DNA of 64,000 nucleotides from assembly GCA_963817895.1 (NCBI GenBank), contig CAWFQB010000001.1, positions 832,001-896,000 of the forward strand. The letters are read 5' to 3'. Shown here piece after piece: positions 61,621-64,000 of the stretch; positions within the stretch are counted from its first letter, which is position 1; each line of letters starts with the position of its first letter. The translations under genes and the position numbers were made by a program. Under the pieces are notes generated by a model. It was not told the origin of the DNA and ran no database searches. It saw only the letters and a list, made by a program, of their open reading frames with translations. The DNA comes from an uncultured Chthonomonadaceae bacterium (lineage in GTDB: Bacteria; Armatimonadota; Chthonomonadetes; Chthonomonadales; Chthonomonadaceae).

Positions 61621-63267
61621 ATGTTCTGGACGATACTCGCTCTGCTGCTGATGGTGGTATTGAGCGGGTTTATTTCCTATTACGGCGATTTACAGGGCAG
61701 GCGCTGGGGCAAACGGCGCGTGTCCTGGTTCGGCTTGCGTCCCAAATACACGGCGATCATCATTACCAGTCTGACGGGCGCGGCGATTGCGCTGTTGAGC
61801 ATCATCACGGTATTGATTGCGTTTCCCACCGTGCGCGAAGTGCTTCTCAATGGCGAACGCCTGATTCGGGACAACCGGCGCACACTGGAAGAGAACAGGC
61901 AGCTCAACATCAGCCTCGCGGTCGAGCGTAAAGTGACCACGCGGGAACTGGAAATACTGCGAGCTTCGGCAAAAAAATCCGGGGATGAACTCAAAATCCG
62001 GCAACTGGAATTGACGCTGGCGCGCCGGGACGTGGCGGAAGCGCGGCAGAAACTTACGCCGGTGCAGGCAGAAGTAGCGCAATTGCAGGCGAAGCAGGCG
62101 CGATTGGAAACCACTCTGAAGCGGGAGCAGAACGACATCCGGCAGAAATCTGCAGAGTTGCAGGCGAAAATTGAAGAGAACAAAACCGCTGCGGAAATCA
62201 ACGCCAGTTTTGTTCACCAGATCCAAGACAAGACACAACAACAAACCCGCCTTACAACCGAAAACCGGGAACTGGCACAGGCCAACAAAGAACTACAACA
62301 GAAAAAAGAGGATTACGAGCAGCGGATTACGAAACTTTCGCGCAATCTGGCGGAGAACACGCATAACAACAACGCGATTATGGAGGTCAACAAAAACCTG
62401 TTGGCTGATAACAGCAAACTGGAAGGCGATAGCCAAACCGGTAGATTAGCATTGGAAAACCAGAAACGCGAACTGAAGCAGGTTCAGGACCAGTTTGCCA
62501 GATCCAGAACGGAGTTGGATCAGGCGTACACGGATATTGCCGGGACGCGGCAGACGTTTACGCAAAGTTACCACGCGCTGCGGCAGGGGGAAATCAACCT
62601 TCGGACGGGCGCGGAACTGGCGCGGCGGGTTGTAAACGGCAAACAAAGCAGCGAAGCCGTCCGCAAACAACTTGTGCAATTATTGGAAGCGGCCAGCGAT
62701 ACGGCCAGCGTGTACGGGGCGACGCGGGGCGACAACAATCGCGCGGTGCGGATTATCAGCAAAAAACTGGTTTCGCAATTCGACACGCGGGACGCCGACG
62801 AGAGCGCCAGCCTGAACGCCCTTTCGGAAGTCATTTCCGGCAGTTCCACACCCGTACTGGTTGTCGCGACCTCGCTCAACAACAGTCTGCGTGGGGAACA
62901 GGCCGTCATCGAACTGCGCCAGTTCCCGGTCAGCCGCGTTTTCGATAAAGAGGAAGTGGTGGCGTCGCGCGTCATTGACGCCAACCAATCCGCGCAGCGC
63001 GTCAAGGAAGCCATTGCCGAGTTTTTACAGCAGAACGTGAAGAACGCGGCGGTGCGGGCAGGCAGCATCCCGCATGTCAACCCGGAAACGGGCCGCAAGG
63101 AGATCGGCGTGTACGACAGCATCGCGCTCGGCCAGTTAGCCGACCGGGTAAAGCGCATGGGCGGCAATGTCCTGCTCAAAGCCGTCGCGTCCGAAGCCAT
63201 CACCTCCGCCGACCCCCTGGATGACGAACACCTGCGCTTCGAAGTCGCGCGCTCCCCGCAAGGGTAA
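61621..63267 (+). CDS. DUF3084-family membrane-anchored coiled-coil protein
   Basis: GD..GR..GK.R.S.FGLRPKYTA.....TG, then a long coiled coil. Confidence 0.88.
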   Translation: MFWTILALLLMVVLSGFISYYGDLQGRRWGKRRVSWFGLRPKYTAIIITSLTGAAIALLSIITVLIAFPTVREVLLNGERLIRDNRRTLEENRQLNISLAVERKVTTRELEILRASAKKSGDELKIRQLELTLARRDVAEARQKLTPVQAEVAQLQAKQARLETTLKREQNDIRQKSAELQAKIEENKTAAEINASFVHQIQDKTQQQTRLTTENRELAQANKELQQKKEDYEQRITKLSRNLAENTHNNNAIMEVNKNLLADNSKLEGDSQTGRLALENQKRELKQVQDQFARSRTELDQAYTDIAGTRQTFTQSYHALRQGEINLRTGAELARRVVNGKQSSEAVRKQLVQLLEAASDTASVYGATRGDNNRAVRIISKKLVSQFDTRDADESASLNALSEVISGSSTPVLVVATSLNNSLRGEQAVIELRQFPVSRVFDKEEVVASRVIDANQSAQRVKEAIAEFLQQNVKNAAVRAGSIPHVNPETGRKEIGVYDSIALGQLADRVKRMGGNVLLKAVASEAITSADPLDDEHLRFEVARSPQG

Positions 63268-63394
63268 GGATGAAGGATGAAGGATGAAGACAGGGAAGAG
63301 GGAAGAGGGAAAAGGGAAGAGGAGAGTTCCTCTCAACTCTCGACTCTCAACTCTCAACTAGCGACTCATCCTTCATCCTTCATCCTTCATCCTT
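63267..63394. repeat. Composite heptamer array (GGATGAA)n / (CTCTCAA)n / (TTCATCC)n
   Basis: Directly visible tandem units; outer arms inverted. Confidence 0.85.
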
Positions 63395-63819
63395 TGCTCG
63401 CGATTGATCCCGGCACGGCGAAATGCGGCGTAGCCGTCGTTGGCTCGGACGGCCACATTCTGCATCGGGCGATTGTGCCGACGGGGGCGATTGTGGAACA
63501 GGCGCAAAGGCTGATTGCCGCGTATCATCCGTTCCTCGTGATATGCGGCAATGGCACGGGCGCGAAGCCAATTTTGCAGGCGCTGCAAGCGGCGCAACTC
63601 GCCATTCCCATTCAGCCCGTAGACGAAGCGCATACGTCGGAAGCCGCTCGCGTTCGCTTTGTTCGTGAAAACCGTCCTCCGCTGCTGCAACGCCTGCTTC
63701 CCCGCAACCTGCGTACTCCCTGGCTTCAGTATGACGATTATGTAGCCGTAATCTTAGCCGAACGCTACTGGCAAGCCGCTTCCGAACGCAACAATTCACC
63801 CTCCAATCCAGTCAAGTAG
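63277..63819 (+). CDS. YqgF/RuvX-like RNase H-fold protein; first ~40 codons are repeat-derived
   Basis: LAIDPG..KCG.A, GNGT, VDE..TS..AR, DD..A.ILA. Confidence 0.8.
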   Translation: MKDEDREEGRGKREEESSSQLSTLNSQLATHPSSFILHPLLAIDPGTAKCGVAVVGSDGHILHRAIVPTGAIVEQAQRLIAAYHPFLVICGNGTGAKPILQALQAAQLAIPIQPVDEAHTSEAARVRFVRENRPPLLQRLLPRNLRTPWLQYDDYVAVILAERYWQAASERNNSPSNPVK

Positions 63820-63848
63820 AGAAACCATTCTACAACTACAATCATACT

Positions 63849-64000
63849 ATGAGCAACGAAGCGGACGAACCACAAAAGGTTGAATTCAAGACGCCATTGG
63901 AAGCGTATCAGGCGTACATTGACAGCCTGCCCGACTGGCTGCATACGTCCGTTAAAGCGCGGTGGGTGCGCGAGTGGGATAACAAGCCTGCTTCCAGCGT
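63849..64000 (+). CDS. Hypothetical protein, 3'-truncated by window
   Basis: Open frame MSNEADEPQKVEFKTPLEAY... to the window end. Confidence 0.5.
   Translation, partial: MSNEADEPQKVEFKTPLEAYQAYIDSLPDWLHTSVKARWVREWDNKPASS

Noticed and set aside
5539..63394. Short tandem arrays as CRISPR repeats
   Set aside because: Units are 7-10 nt, contiguous and inverted, with no unique spacers and no cas genes.

Overview
GC-rich bacterial chromosomal window. Gene content (PEP-CTERM protein, Omp85, lptC/A/B/F-DUF3084-yqgF cluster, pilin-like H-X9-DG-type protein) suggests a diderm Terrabacterium, probably Armatimonadota; this is inference. Many conserved genes (sodA, uxuB, glmL, bamA-like, flotillin, rlmN, lptB, lptF) are split by single-base frameshifts, most simply explained as long-read indel errors. 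Housekeeping and metabolic content: sodA, fdhD, galM/uxaE/uxuB, ribBA/ribH, htrA, rlmN and the lpt cluster. Most interesting signals: (1) paralogous genes in which a ribbon-helix-helix-like module replaces helix 0 of a PspA/IM30 (ESCRT-III-like) hairpin, one with the unit duplicated and one split by a tnpB-only IS200/IS605 element, lying between nfeD-flotillin and the lpt operon; (2) an ORF-less ~100-nt transcription unit with a near-consensus promoter, a CU-rich anti-SD-like tract and a terminator, divergent from a SorC/DeoR-family regulator; (3) a GlmL-like ASKHA ATPase with an uncharacterised multi-domain partner and no B12 mutase nearby; (4) an ABC ATPase + DUF4276-like pair, a candidate defence module; (5) a dense set of inverted 7-10-mer tandem arrays and REP-like elements, several inserted in frame inside proteins. 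No CRISPR array, tRNA or rRNA was recognised.
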